A DNA stretch of 62,359 nt, filler included. It is 3 parts of 3 records of this genome, joined end to end, with 100 filler letters (N's around TTAATTAATTAA, not from the genome) between each part and the next. Parts side by side here need not be neighbours in the genome. Positions count along the whole stretch, not along the records: positions 31,115 to 56,983 come from SRR20825006_1465; positions 57,084 to 62,359 come from SRR20825006_1482; 1 more part is not named here. One strand, written 5' to 3'. The notes under the pieces were generated by a model. The model was not told the origin of the DNA. It did no database searches and saw nothing but the letters and a program-made list of their open reading frames with translations. Position numbers and translations under genes: made by a program. Positions 50,582 through 60,517 of this stretch are shown one piece after another. The first letter of the stretch is position 1; each line of letters opens with the position of its first letter.

Positions 50582-51738
50582 GACTGGGCCGGCTTTACGC
50601 TACTGGGAAGATTAACGAGGCGCTGAGCTATGCTCCGTGAAGTACCGAGAGCTCCTCGTGTGCAATGCTGGTACATCGGCAGATCACACATCAGCTGCCA
50701 GACTGGGCGAGTCATTACGTTGCTGGCGTTAGTCACCTCAAGTAATCGATCTCTTGATGCCTGATCCGGACAAAGGACGGCGTTCAACCAGAAGTTGCTT
50801 CTGCAACCCTCCGGCTCATCAACAAACTTAAACTCCGTCCCTGTGAGAAGGTGTCGGTATTCCTCCGCCAACGCCCGCTTTTCCGCCAGAAATCCCGGCA
50901 ACTGCTCTAGTTGGGCAACACCCAGAGCTGCGTTGATATTGGGCAACCGGTAGTTATAGCCAACTTCATCGTGAACGTATTCGTAGAGATGCGGCTTCTT
51001 GGCGGTTGTAGTCAGGTGCTTTGCGCGTTTGCCGGCTGCCTCGTCACAAAGGATCATACCTCCACCACCGGTGGTTATGATTTTGTTGCCGTTGAAGCTT
51101 ACAGCTGCCAGCTTACCGAACGTACCGGTATGCCGACCGTGATAGAAACTGCCAAGCGATTCCGCCGCGTCTTCCACAATTGGTATATTCCACTTTTCGC
51201 ACGCGCGCACGAGCCCCGCCAAATCGGCCGGATGCCCGAAGGTATGCATGGGCAGGCAGGCGGAAATCCGACGGCCCGTTGCCCGTTCCACGCACTGCCC
51301 GGACGAATCACGCGCCGTATAGCTTTCCAGCCACTCCTCAAGTGCACGCGGGCTGAGCCCGAGCGTGGATTCATCAACATCAATAAACAGTGGCTCGGCC
51401 CCGCAGTAGGCGATGGCATTACAGGTCGCAACGAACGTAAGAGCCTGAGTAATCACCAGATCACCCTGCTCTACCCCTGCGAGCCTGAGGCTCACATGGA
51501 GTGCAGCGGTTCCGTTCACCGTCGCCACCGCGCACTCCGTGCCCGTGTAGGCGGCCATATCCTGTTCGAACCGATTAACGTACTCACCCACGCTGGACAC
51601 GAAGGTTGACGTAATGGTGTTCGCGACGTATGTCTGCTCGCTACCTTTGAACACAGGTGCGTGCAGCGGTATGAACTCGCCCGTCCCGTAGTAGTCTTTT
51701 ACAAACTCAATCAGCCGATTCACCGACACATCAGACAT
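50578..51738 (-). CDS. legC: LegC-family PLP aminotransferase
   Basis: IPLHAP.F.G.E, FVSSVG, EDAAESLGS, SFNGNKIITTGGGG, NYRLPNINAALG. Confidence 0.9.
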   Translation of the reverse strand: MSDVSVNRLIEFVKDYYGTGEFIPLHAPVFKGSEQTYVANTITSTFVSSVGEYVNRFEQDMAAYTGTECAVATVNGTAALHVSLRLAGVEQGDLVITQALTFVATCNAIAYCGAEPLFIDVDESTLGLSPRALEEWLESYTARDSSGQCVERATGRRISACLPMHTFGHPADLAGLVRACEKWNIPIVEDAAESLGSFYHGRHTGTFGKLAAVSFNGNKIITTGGGGMILCDEAAGKRAKHLTTTAKKPHLYEYVHDEVGYNYRLPNINAALGVAQLEQLPGFLAEKRALAEEYRHLLTGTEFKFVDEPEGCRSNFWLNAVLCPDQASRDRLLEVTNASNVMTRPVWQLMCDLPMYQHCTRGALGTSRSIAQRLVNLPSSVKPAQS

Positions 51739-52717
51739 TATAGATTCCAGCTTTGTAGTGCTTCAGGTTCTCCGGATCGGTAAACCACGCTACCGTTTTC
51801 CTTAAACCTTCTTCGATAGAATGCTCAGGTGTAAATCCTGTCAACTCGCGGATCTTTGCGTTTTCACCCCAAAGCCGGAACACTTCGGATTTACCGGGGC
51901 GAAAGCGTTGTTCGTCAGTGATGAACTCAACATCGCTTTCCATAATAGTCCGGATTAGATTCAGGGTGTCGCCCACGGAAATCTCGAAATTGGAAGCGAT
52001 GTTCACCGTCTCACCCACCGTTTTCTCGGAGTTGGCAAGTGCGAGGAACCCTTTGCAGGTATCTTCAACGTAGTTGAAATCCCGGGTGGGCGACACATCG
52101 CCCAGCTTGATGGATTTCTGGCCAGCGGCAATCTGGGTAATGATGGTGGGAATCACCGCACGAGCGGACTGTCGTGGCCCGTAGGTATTGAACGGGCGGG
52201 CCACGGTAAGAGGCAGGTCAAACGCGTTATAGAAGCTCATCGCCATGGCGTCGGCGGCAATCTTCGAGGCGCTGTAGGGCGACTGCGGCTGCACCGGATG
52301 CTTCTCGTCAATCGGCACGTACTGGGCGGTGCCATACACCTCACTGGTGGAGGTATGGATCACGCGCTTTACGCCATTATCCAGGGCGGCTTGGCAGATA
52401 TTAAGCGTGCCCTTTACATTAGTGTCTACGTAGCTGTCTGGCGCCACGTAGGAGTACGGGATCGCAATCAACGCGGCCAGGTGATAAACAATGTCCACAT
52501 CTTTGGTGATGTGCTTGCAGTAGTGGGGGTCCCGCACGTCACCGTTGAGGACTTCCACTTGGCTCAGGCAATCAATGTTCTCAAGCCAGCCCCAGTAGTT
52601 GAAGGAGTTGTACTGAGACAGTGCCTTTACTTTGTAGCCTACGCGAACGAGCAACTCGGTGAGATGGGAGCCGATAAAGCCATCAGCGCCGGTAACCAAA
52701 ACCGTTTCTTTCGTCAT
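51731..52717 (-). CDS. legB: NAD-dependent 4,6-dehydratase LegB
   Basis: TGADGFIGSHL, YNSFN.WGWL, LAALIAIPYSY, TSTSEVYG, QSPYSASK, RPFNTYGPRQS.RA. Confidence 0.92.
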   Translation of the reverse strand: MTKETVLVTGADGFIGSHLTELLVRVGYKVKALSQYNSFNYWGWLENIDCLSQVEVLNGDVRDPHYCKHITKDVDIVYHLAALIAIPYSYVAPDSYVDTNVKGTLNICQAALDNGVKRVIHTSTSEVYGTAQYVPIDEKHPVQPQSPYSASKIAADAMAMSFYNAFDLPLTVARPFNTYGPRQSARAVIPTIITQIAAGQKSIKLGDVSPTRDFNYVEDTCKGFLALANSEKTVGETVNIASNFEISVGDTLNLIRTIMESDVEFITDEQRFRPGKSEVFRLWGENAKIRELTGFTPEHSIEEGLRKTVAWFTDPENLKHYKAGIYNV

Positions 52718-52757
52718 ATTCAGGTTCCAATTCTGAGATTACAAGAACAATTCAGCC

Positions 52758-53993
52758 TTATCCCAAGAGCAGTTCTTTTCGGGTGATACGCCATTTCTGG
52801 TACTTCAGGAGGGTTGCAACGCCACTGCCAAGGAGCATGGAAACTGTGACAGCCCAATAGCTCGTGTAGCGGCCGACAATAAAGAGCGAGAGCGCTGCAA
52901 TCACCAATCCGGCGACATTTGCGGTAATGATGCTACTGTCCCTGATGGTCGTATAAAGACCGTACTGGAAGACATAACCGGCAATGAAGACCGCCATTGT
53001 AACAATGACGGCTCCAAAAAGCGGCAGGTTCTGAGCGTAGACTGGCTCTTCCAGTAACGGGAATATCACAATGCCCGCCGATATGGCTCCGGTCATCAGT
53101 ACGACGAGCCAGAGAGCGGACTGCTTTGCCAGTTTGCGGTAGGCCAGCTCAAACTCGGGCATATTGTTTCCTTTGTAGGCCTTCATCATTTTCGGGTAAT
53201 AAAAGACAAAAACACCAGACTCCATAAATGAAAGCATGGCCGAGGCAACGCCCATATACACACTGTAAGCACCCAAAAGCGCTAGACCATTCAGAGCCTC
53301 AAATGCATAGCGGTCAAATGTAAACAAGGACCTGACTGCGACAGATGAAACGAGCAGCGGAATGGCAACGACAACGCCTGTTCTGATCCAGTGCCATTCC
53401 TGCTTCGCGAAAGACCCTTTCCAGTCCAGCCTCAAAAGTGGCCCTATGCCGATCAATATGCTGGCAAATGTTCCGACGAGCCAGAAAAGTAGGAGATCAG
53501 AGATGTTTCTGAAATCCGGGTTCAGCCACATTGCAAGCGTGAAGCAAATAGCCCAGAGTGCCTGTTTAACAAATATGATCAGCGTTGCCAGCAGCGGCTT
53601 TTCAATGGCCACGAGTAGTCGCATCAGTTCCGTCGAAAGGTGTTCAAGGACAACGAGAACAACAAACGCGGCCATCACACTCCAGGGCAACATTCCCAGC
53701 CAGAAGAGAATACTAGACGCCGGCAACACAACGACATACATCAGGCCAAAGAAAACTATCTGGCTAGACAATAATCGGGGCCACTCTGACCGGGGCCGGG
53801 CCACCAGATCACGCGTACTGTAGGTATAGAACTCGAAGCCGACAAAATAGATGGAGTAGAAAACCGTAACCGTAATCAGTCCATAAAGCCCCACCTGCTC
53901 AGGCGGCAGAAAGACCGCCAAAGACAGGATAAAAATAAACTTGACAGCCAACGTGATTGCCCGCAGGCTCAGGTTGAGCATACGGATGTTCAT
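52758..53993 (-). CDS. wzx: Wzx-like flippase
   Basis: About 12 TM helices; position in a polysaccharide locus; FDR....LGAYS pattern. Confidence 0.7.
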   Translation of the reverse strand: MNIRMLNLSLRAITLAVKFIFILSLAVFLPPEQVGLYGLITVTVFYSIYFVGFEFYTYSTRDLVARPRSEWPRLLSSQIVFFGLMYVVVLPASSILFWLGMLPWSVMAAFVVLVVLEHLSTELMRLLVAIEKPLLATLIIFVKQALWAICFTLAMWLNPDFRNISDLLLFWLVGTFASILIGIGPLLRLDWKGSFAKQEWHWIRTGVVVAIPLLVSSVAVRSLFTFDRYAFEALNGLALLGAYSVYMGVASAMLSFMESGVFVFYYPKMMKAYKGNNMPEFELAYRKLAKQSALWLVVLMTGAISAGIVIFPLLEEPVYAQNLPLFGAVIVTMAVFIAGYVFQYGLYTTIRDSSIITANVAGLVIAALSLFIVGRYTSYWAVTVSMLLGSGVATLLKYQKWRITRKELLLG

Positions 53994-54970
53994 GGGTGTC
54001 GAGGTGTATTATCAGTCGGGTTCTTTAGATCGCCTGTCATGAAAAACCTGATAAATACAATAAGAACCCCTAACATCATTCCCAGCAATACCGACAGCAC
54101 GACAATCAGTGGCCGCTTTGGCTCACTCTTCTCCTGCGGAACAACTGCCGGGTCCACCGTCTCGAACACATACTCCTGCTGAGCATTGGCCAGCATCACA
54201 GTGCGGGTCTCGCTTTCGATGAGCTGATAGAACACCTGCTGCATACCGGCGACGTTGGTGTCGTTCAGTTTGCCTTCGAGGTATTCGATTCGGGAACTGG
54301 CTTTAGAGACGTCTTGCCGGCGCATATGTTCATTGATATCCGCAACCAACCATTCAGCCCATTGCTGCGCCGCTGGGGGAGAGAGGCTTTTTACGCTGAC
54401 GGTGACCATGCCATTGTCTTTGTTCTCGCTTACGCTCAGATGGTTTTCCTTGAACGCTTTTACCAGATCCCACTCGGTTGGTTTGTGGTTTCCACCGTCT
54501 GCGTCGGTGAGCCATTCGCTGGTTTCAGGGGTGTAGACGTCTCGGTCATACACCCAAGTTTGGCTTTTAACATTCCAACCTTCAGTGGCCAAAAGCTGCA
54601 CTTCCAGGTTATGGCGCCGGATAAAATCTGCCAGGAAGGCACGGGATTGCAGAACTTCCTTGGCAATGACTTTCTGGTTTGAACGGTTATTGCCTATATT
54701 GATCCCGGCGAGACTCGCCAAGCCCCCAAGCTGCCCGCTGATTCTGCCCAAACCACCTTCTTCGTTGGCCGGCGCTAGCAGAACGCTTGACTGGTAGATG
54801 TTAGGCTTGTATAGAGCATAGGCGACACCTGCCACTGCTAAGACGAACGTGGTGGCGATGATGAGCCATTTGCCGGACCAGAGGATTGCAAAGAGTCCCC
54901 GAAGATCAATTTCATCATCCGAGTAATGGCTTGCCTCAGGTGGTTCTGATACGCGTTCGTATCGGGTCAT
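53990..54970 (-). CDS. wzz: Wzz chain-length determinant
   Basis: DEIDL..LF..LW..KW, GGLASLAGI, P..KSEPKR.LI. ATG 54970 overlaps the upstream TAA. Confidence 0.9.
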   Translation of the reverse strand: MTRYERVSEPPEASHYSDDEIDLRGLFAILWSGKWLIIATTFVLAVAGVAYALYKPNIYQSSVLLAPANEEGGLGRISGQLGGLASLAGINIGNNRSNQKVIAKEVLQSRAFLADFIRRHNLEVQLLATEGWNVKSQTWVYDRDVYTPETSEWLTDADGGNHKPTEWDLVKAFKENHLSVSENKDNGMVTVSVKSLSPPAAQQWAEWLVADINEHMRRQDVSKASSRIEYLEGKLNDTNVAGMQQVFYQLIESETRTVMLANAQQEYVFETVDPAVVPQEKSEPKRPLIVVLSVLLGMMLGVLIVFIRFFMTGDLKNPTDNTPRHP

Positions 54971-56983
54971 TACAAGTTCCCCACTGCCGCTGCACCCAAT
55001 GCCATCTGATAGACAATCTGGCTCACGTTGCTCCAAAGCTCCAACTGGTTCAACCTGTCAACGTCAATGGGCACGATAATGGTGTCACCGGGCGCCAGTT
55101 GCTGGCTTCGCCTACCAAACCAGCGGCTTTTCTCTGGCAGCATCACAGAACCGTCAGCTTTAACTACGTACACCCTCTCCTCATCCGCCTGGCGCGTTGG
55201 ACCGCCACTGCGTTCCAGGTAGTCATCCACGGTTAGCCCCTCTGAGTGAAGGTGACTGGTTGGAAACTGAACCTCACCAAATACGCTGACGGCTTGCGGG
55301 ATAGTTGGCACGGTCAAAGCGTCCCCATCCTGAAGGCGAATTGGCTGGTAGTCGTCGCTGCCCACAACCGCTGCTAGATTGATCACCATTCGCCCGACAG
55401 GGCGGGAGTCCTGCACTTCTTCCAACAGGTCCCGTACCTGCTGGGTGCGTTCTGCGTTCTCGCCTCCAAAATCGCCGCCTTCCAATTGTACGCCCACTAA
55501 ATCACTTTGCAGACGCTCCTCTGCTTCACGCAGGCGCTGGGACTCCAACCGACGGAGTTTTTCGCGGGTGAAGATGGCCCCCTCCGGGAAAGCATTGTCC
55601 GTAAGGCCTCCGGCCCGTTGGAGTACTTGGCGAAGGGTTTCACCATCGCGGATGGTGTATTTACCGGGATAGCGTACTTCACCGTCCAGTTCGATAGTTT
55701 TGGCCTGTGCGAATTTCGGTATGGATTTTACAAGTAAGCGGTCCCGGCTTTTGAGGGTTACCGAGGACTCGCCTTTCATAATGGCCTGCAGGTCCATGTT
55801 CTGAATTTTGGTTTCGCCAGTGCCCTCATCGTCTATGCCAAAGCGGGCCAGCTCGGCGGTGTACAGGGAAGCGGAGTCTTTCAGGCCGCCAGCAAAATAG
55901 ATGGCGTCTGCCACTTCCCCAGATGCTGGCAAGGGGTATTCTCCAGGATATCGTACCGGGCCCGTCACCCTTATAATTTGTTGTGGTGCGCTTGGTTTGG
56001 CCTGGGCTTTCAATCTTTGCAACACCGGTGCAAACAACACCTCCCGACTATAGCGGTTGTAGTCATCTTCACCTTCTTCGCCATTTTCTCTTTCCGATAG
56101 TTCCAGGTTCCCGCGCCTCGCTTCCTCACGATTGCGTTCAATGCCATTTTGGTCACTTACCTTGCCTTCATCCGCGAATATCAGAAACTGATCTTGTTCC
56201 TGTAGAAGAATGTCCTTCTCACCGCCTGGGTTATTCAGAGCTTGGCGCAGGCGCAAGTTGATGACAGATACGGTGTCAGTTTCAGGGTCTGTGCGTACAA
56301 TGGCCGCGTAGCGCTTGTCGGCCTCCCTCAGCAGATCGTTGTCCAGGGAACGGATAACGGAGCTCACTCTCATGCCCGGCACCCAAGCGTAGCGGCCCGG
56401 GCGTGTGGCCGCGCCCTTTACTTCCACGTACTGACCGGTGACATCGGAGATGGAAGCGACTTCTATGCGGTCACCGGGTTTAACTGCTGCCTGCTTGCCT
56501 TTTGATGTGGTGAGGTCGGCTTCGGCGATGATGCGCAGGAAGTCATCGTTATTACGTTCAATACGCACCAGTTGCGGGTAGGCCTGGGGGGTCAGGCCGC
56601 CGGCCAAGTTTACCAGCTCCTGCAGGTTGGTGTCGCTTTTCAGTTCATAGAGCGCGGGGCGGTATACTTCGCCGTCTATGCCTACGCGGTCGCCTACTGG
56701 CGGGATGAAAATCACATCGCCGGGTTGCAGACGATTGTCATCGGAGGTGTCGCCCGCAAGTAACAGGTCGTAGAGATCCAGTTCACCGACCAGTTTTCCG
56801 TCCCGTTTGTGCTGGACTTTACGCAGGGAACCGGTGCGTTTGATGCCACCAGACACATAGAGGGTATTGGTAATGGTGGAGAGCGAACTGACGGTGTAGG
56901 AACCTGCGTTTCTTGCCTCCCCCAGCACAAAAACACGCATGCTGCGCAGTTCGCCCAGGGAAACACTGGCCTGCACACCGATG
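54970..56983 (-). CDS. Multi-SLBB polysaccharide export protein (KpsD/OtnA/Wza-like), 5' truncated
   Basis: Repeated SLBB units (V.GEV..PG.Y...AGG, L..GD.I.VP); C-terminal amphipathic helix. Confidence 0.88.
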
Positions 56984-57083
56984 NNNNNNNNNNNNNNNNN
57001 NNNNNNNNNNNNNNNNNNNNNNNNNNNTTAATTAATTAANNNNNNNNNNNNNNNNNNNNNNNNNNNNNNNNNNNNNNNNNNNN
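56984..57083. other. Artificial contig spacer
   Basis: N44-TTAATTAATTAA-N44; GC content rises sharply after it. Confidence 0.99.
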
Positions 57084-57311
57084 GGTGACGAGAAGCTTCA
57101 GCGCCGGCAGCCTGGCGAACAGCGATCGCGGAAACGCCGTGCGCTCCCGCATGATGGCGACGACGTCGAAAGGCTGCAACGCGGCGGCGAGCGCGTCCTC
57201 GTCCTCGATGTGGCGGTCGAACACGGTGATATCGGCGCCGGACAGGGCAGACCAGTCGGCCATGTCGAGCGCGACCTTCTGGTAGTCGTCCAGGATGGCA
57301 ATCTTCGTCAT
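57084..57311 (-). CDS. D-2-hydroxyacid dehydrogenase family protein (N-terminal part, truncated)
   Basis: MTKIAILDDYQ, MRERT.FP, LP.LKLLVT; GGAG RBS. Confidence 0.85.
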
Positions 57312-57348
57312 GCAGGCTCCCCAGGCTGTGTCGCGTCTTGGCGCGCTC

Positions 57349-58149
57349 TCAGGATCGGTCCCGGCCACGCACGAGCGTCGCCGCACCGGAAACGAAGAAC
57401 ATCCCCAGCGCGGCGGCGACGATGGTCGGCCCGGTGGGAGTGTCCCAGACAAAGGACGCGTAGAGGCCGCCGAGCGCGGCCACGCCGCCCAGCACGCCGG
57501 CGAGCACGGCCATGACCTCCGGCGTGCGCGAGAAGGGGCGCGCGGCGGCGGCCGGAATGATCAGCATCGCGGTGATCAGCAGCGCGCCGACCACCTTGAT
57601 GGCGACGGCCACCAGAAGCGCCAGCGCGACCGTAAGCAGCAGTTGCTCCCGGCGCGGATTGAGCCCGCTCGCCCAGGCGAGATCCTGATCCAGCGTCGCG
57701 GTGAGCAACGCCGACCAGCGCCAGGCGACCAGCGCCAGCACCGCCAGCGACCCGCCCCAGATGACGGCCAGATCGGACTTTCCGACCGCCAGGATCTCGC
57801 CGAAAAGGTAGGATTCCAGGTCCAGCCCGGCCCGCGCGGTCAGCGCGAAGGCGACGAGACCGACGGCCAGCGCGCCGTGGGCGGCCACCCCCAGCAGCGT
57901 ATCCATCTGGAAGGTGCGGCCGGCCAGCGAGGATACCGCCAGCGCCATCGCGACGGCCACCACCAGCACGCCGGCGAAGACCGACGTGGAGAAGGCAAAG
58001 GAGAGCGCGACGCCGAGGATCGCCGCATGGGCCGTCGCATCGCCGAAATAGGCCATCCGCCGCCAGACGACGAAGCAGCCGAGCGGACCCGCGGCCACGG
58101 CCAGCCCGACGCCTGCCAGGCCCGCACGCACGAGAAAATCATCCAGCAT
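57349..58149 (-). CDS. znuB: Zinc ABC transporter permease
   Basis: GPLGCFVVWRRMAYFGDA.AH, YLFGEIL, KVVGALLI.AMLIIPAA. Confidence 0.93.
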   Translation of the reverse strand: MLDDFLVRAGLAGVGLAVAAGPLGCFVVWRRMAYFGDATAHAAILGVALSFAFSTSVFAGVLVVAVAMALAVSSLAGRTFQMDTLLGVAAHGALAVGLVAFALTARAGLDLESYLFGEILAVGKSDLAVIWGGSLAVLALVAWRWSALLTATLDQDLAWASGLNPRREQLLLTVALALLVAVAIKVVGALLITAMLIIPAAAARPFSRTPEVMAVLAGVLGGVAALGGLYASFVWDTPTGPTIVAAALGMFFVSGAATLVRGRDRS

Positions 58150-58879
58150 CGGTGCGTGCTTCCTCGACGTGGGGATGGTGGTGATCGTGCTTGTGCTGGT
58201 AGAGGGCGAAGGCGCCCTGGGTGCCGCTCCCGAACAGCGCGCGATATTCCGGCGCCGCGGAGACCACCAGCGGAGTGCCCTCGCAGCAGATGTGACCGTT
58301 GATGCACAGCACCCGGTCGGAGGCGCTCATCACCACGTGCAGGTCGTGACTGACCATCAGGACGGCGCAGCCGATCTCCTGCCGGACCATTTCCACCAGC
58401 CGGTAGAAGGCCGCGGTCCCGGGCTGATCGAGGCTCTGGGTCGGCTCGTCCAGGATCAGGATCTGCGGCCGCGACAGCAAGGCCCGCGCCAACAGCACGC
58501 GCTGGAACTGGCCACCCGACAGCGCGCTCATCTGGCGGTTGTCCAGCCCGCTGACGCCCACGTGCTCAAGCATCCGGCGGATGTCGGCGCCGCGCCGGCG
58601 GACCGGCAGATTGAGGAAGCGGGCGACGGTGATCGGCATCGTCGCGTCGAGGGAGAGCCGCTGCGGCACGTAGCCGACGACGAGGTCGGGCCTGCGGCGG
58701 ACGACGCCCCGGGTCGGCGCGATGGCCCCCACGAGCGCGCGCACGAACGTCGACTTGCCCGACCCGTTCGGGCCGACCACGGTGACGATCTCGCCCGGCT
58801 CGATGGTGAAATCGATCGACCGCAGGATCTCCCTGCCGCCCAGATCGATGCCCACTCCAATCGCGTCAATCAGACCCAT
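58139..58879 (-). CDS. znuC: Zinc ABC transporter ATPase
   Basis: GPNGSGKST, LSGGQFQRVLLARAL, LDEP, SHDLHVV, HICCEG.P, His-rich tail. Confidence 0.95.
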   Translation of the reverse strand: MGLIDAIGVGIDLGGREILRSIDFTIEPGEIVTVVGPNGSGKSTFVRALVGAIAPTRGVVRRRPDLVVGYVPQRLSLDATMPITVARFLNLPVRRRGADIRRMLEHVGVSGLDNRQMSALSGGQFQRVLLARALLSRPQILILDEPTQSLDQPGTAAFYRLVEMVRQEIGCAVLMVSHDLHVVMSASDRVLCINGHICCEGTPLVVSAAPEYRALFGSGTQGAFALYQHKHDHHHPHVEEARTDAG

Positions 58880-59019
58880 GCACCATCCGCCTTCCGCCGG
58901 CCGCGCGCCCGTTCACGCCGGCCAGCCGTTCCTGATCCCACATTGCGGGCAACCGGTCCACGCCGCACGCCAAATTCCGCATCAAGGGGCTGGACAAGCG
59001 CGCCGCTCCCGCTCCATAC

Positions 59020-59042
59020 GTTATGTTATATTATTACATATC
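59020..59042. promoter_or_regulatory. Zur box
   Basis: TATGTTATA-T-TATTACATA palindrome, AT-rich within GC-rich DNA, between divergent znuC and znuA; fits the proteobacterial ATGTTATANTATAACAT consensus. Confidence 0.85.
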
Positions 59043-59097
59043 GCCATCCCGGGGCACCGGGGGGCGATGCGGATCCAACGACCTGAAGAGGACCGAC

Positions 59098-60231
59098 ATG
59101 GGACTTTCACGACTGGGCGCCTCCGCCGCGGCGATCGCTGCCGTCGCCTTCCTCGCGTTGAGCGCGCCGGCCAGCGCCGAGCCTGTCGTCGTCACCGACA
59201 TCCCGCCCGTCCAGGCGCTGGTCGCCCGGGTGATGCAGGGGGTCGGCGAGCCGACGCAGATCCTGCCGCCCGGCGCCTCGCCCCACGGTTATGCCATGCG
59301 CCCGTCCGAGGCCGCGGCGCTCGCCGATGCCGACCTGGTTTTCTGGGTGGGCCCCGAGCTCACGCCGTGGCTGGGCCGGGCGATCGAGACACTGGGCACC
59401 AACGCCGAGGCGGTCGAGCTGCTGGAAGCCCCGGGCACCACCCACCTCGCCTTCCGCGAGGGCGCGACCTTCGAGGCCCACGACCACGGCGATGAGCACG
59501 ACGATCACGCGGCGGAAGGTCACGACGGCCATTCCGACCATGCCGATCATGAAGAGCATGGAGACCATGCGGAGGGATCCGGCAGCGCGCACGAGGCCCA
59601 CGACGGGCATGATCATGACGAGGCCCATGCGGGGCACGACCATGACGACGATCACGGCCACGCCGAGACGGCCGACGCCCACGACGGGGAGGAAGCCGGT
59701 CACCACCACGATCACCACGGCATCGACCCCCACGCCTGGCTCGACCCGAACAACGGCAAGGCCTGGCTCGCGGTCATCGCGGACCATCTCGCCGCCGCCG
59801 ACCCGGACAACGCCGCCGCCTACCGGGACAACGCCGCCGAAGGCTCCCGCGAACTCGACGCGCTGAAGATCCAGATCGAGGAGACCATCGCCCCGGCGCG
59901 GGGCAAGCCGTTCGTGGTCTTCCACGACGCCTACCACTATTTCGAAAGCCGGTTCGACATCGAGGCGGCCGGCGCCGTCTCCCTCAGCGACGCATCCAAG
60001 CCCGGACCGGCGCGCGTCGCCGAGATCCGCGACACCATCCGCGAGGCCGGCGCCGTCTGCGTGTTCAACGAGCCGCAGTTCCAGCCGACGCTGGTGGCCA
60101 CCATCGTCGAGGGCACCGATGCGCGCGTCGCCACGCTCGATCCAGTGGGCGTCGATCTGGAGCCGGGAGCGTCCCTCTATCCGGCCCTGCTGACGCAACT
60201 GGCCGATGACCTCGCCGCCTGCCTGGACTGA
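59098..60231 (+). CDS. znuA: Zinc ABC transporter substrate-binding protein with a long His/Asp/Glu loop
   Basis: GAGGA RBS, signal peptide, PGASPH, DPHAWLDP, FHDAY.YFE, EPQF. Confidence 0.95.
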   Translation: MGLSRLGASAAAIAAVAFLALSAPASAEPVVVTDIPPVQALVARVMQGVGEPTQILPPGASPHGYAMRPSEAAALADADLVFWVGPELTPWLGRAIETLGTNAEAVELLEAPGTTHLAFREGATFEAHDHGDEHDDHAAEGHDGHSDHADHEEHGDHAEGSGSAHEAHDGHDHDEAHAGHDHDDDHGHAETADAHDGEEAGHHHDHHGIDPHAWLDPNNGKAWLAVIADHLAAADPDNAAAYRDNAAEGSRELDALKIQIEETIAPARGKPFVVFHDAYHYFESRFDIEAAGAVSLSDASKPGPARVAEIRDTIREAGAVCVFNEPQFQPTLVATIVEGTDARVATLDPVGVDLEPGASLYPALLTQLADDLAACLD

Positions 60232-60272
60232 CGGCACCATTCCCCACCCCCGACTTTTGCTCCTATGTTTCG

Positions 60273-60300
60273 CGCCCGCCGGTGATTCCGGCGGGCGTTG
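60273..60300 (+). terminator. Hairpin downstream of znuA, probable terminator
   Basis: Perfect 10-bp stem CGCCCGCCGG-TGATT-CCGGCGGGCG with a weak T tail. Confidence 0.5.
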
Positions 60301-60372
60301 TCGTCTGTGGGCGCTGGCATCTGACCAAAACGTCAGGGTTTCGGCGGCCCCTTCCTCAATACAAAGCTCGGA

Positions 60373-60402
60373 TTGACTTGTTTGGTACTACCGTAATACG
60401 GT
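60373..60402 (+). promoter_or_regulatory. Candidate sigma70 promoter with a GntR/FadR-like operator
   Basis: TTGACT-18nt-TACGGT with the palindrome GGTA-C-TACC in the spacer. Confidence 0.4.
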
Positions 60403-60517
60403 TCCTGCGAACGTTTGCACACGACCTCCTTGAAGGGGGCACCCGGCCGCAACGACGATCGGTAAACAACAAGCGTTGGGACCGCACAAGAATGTGCGGC
60501 GCAGGGGAGGATACAGA

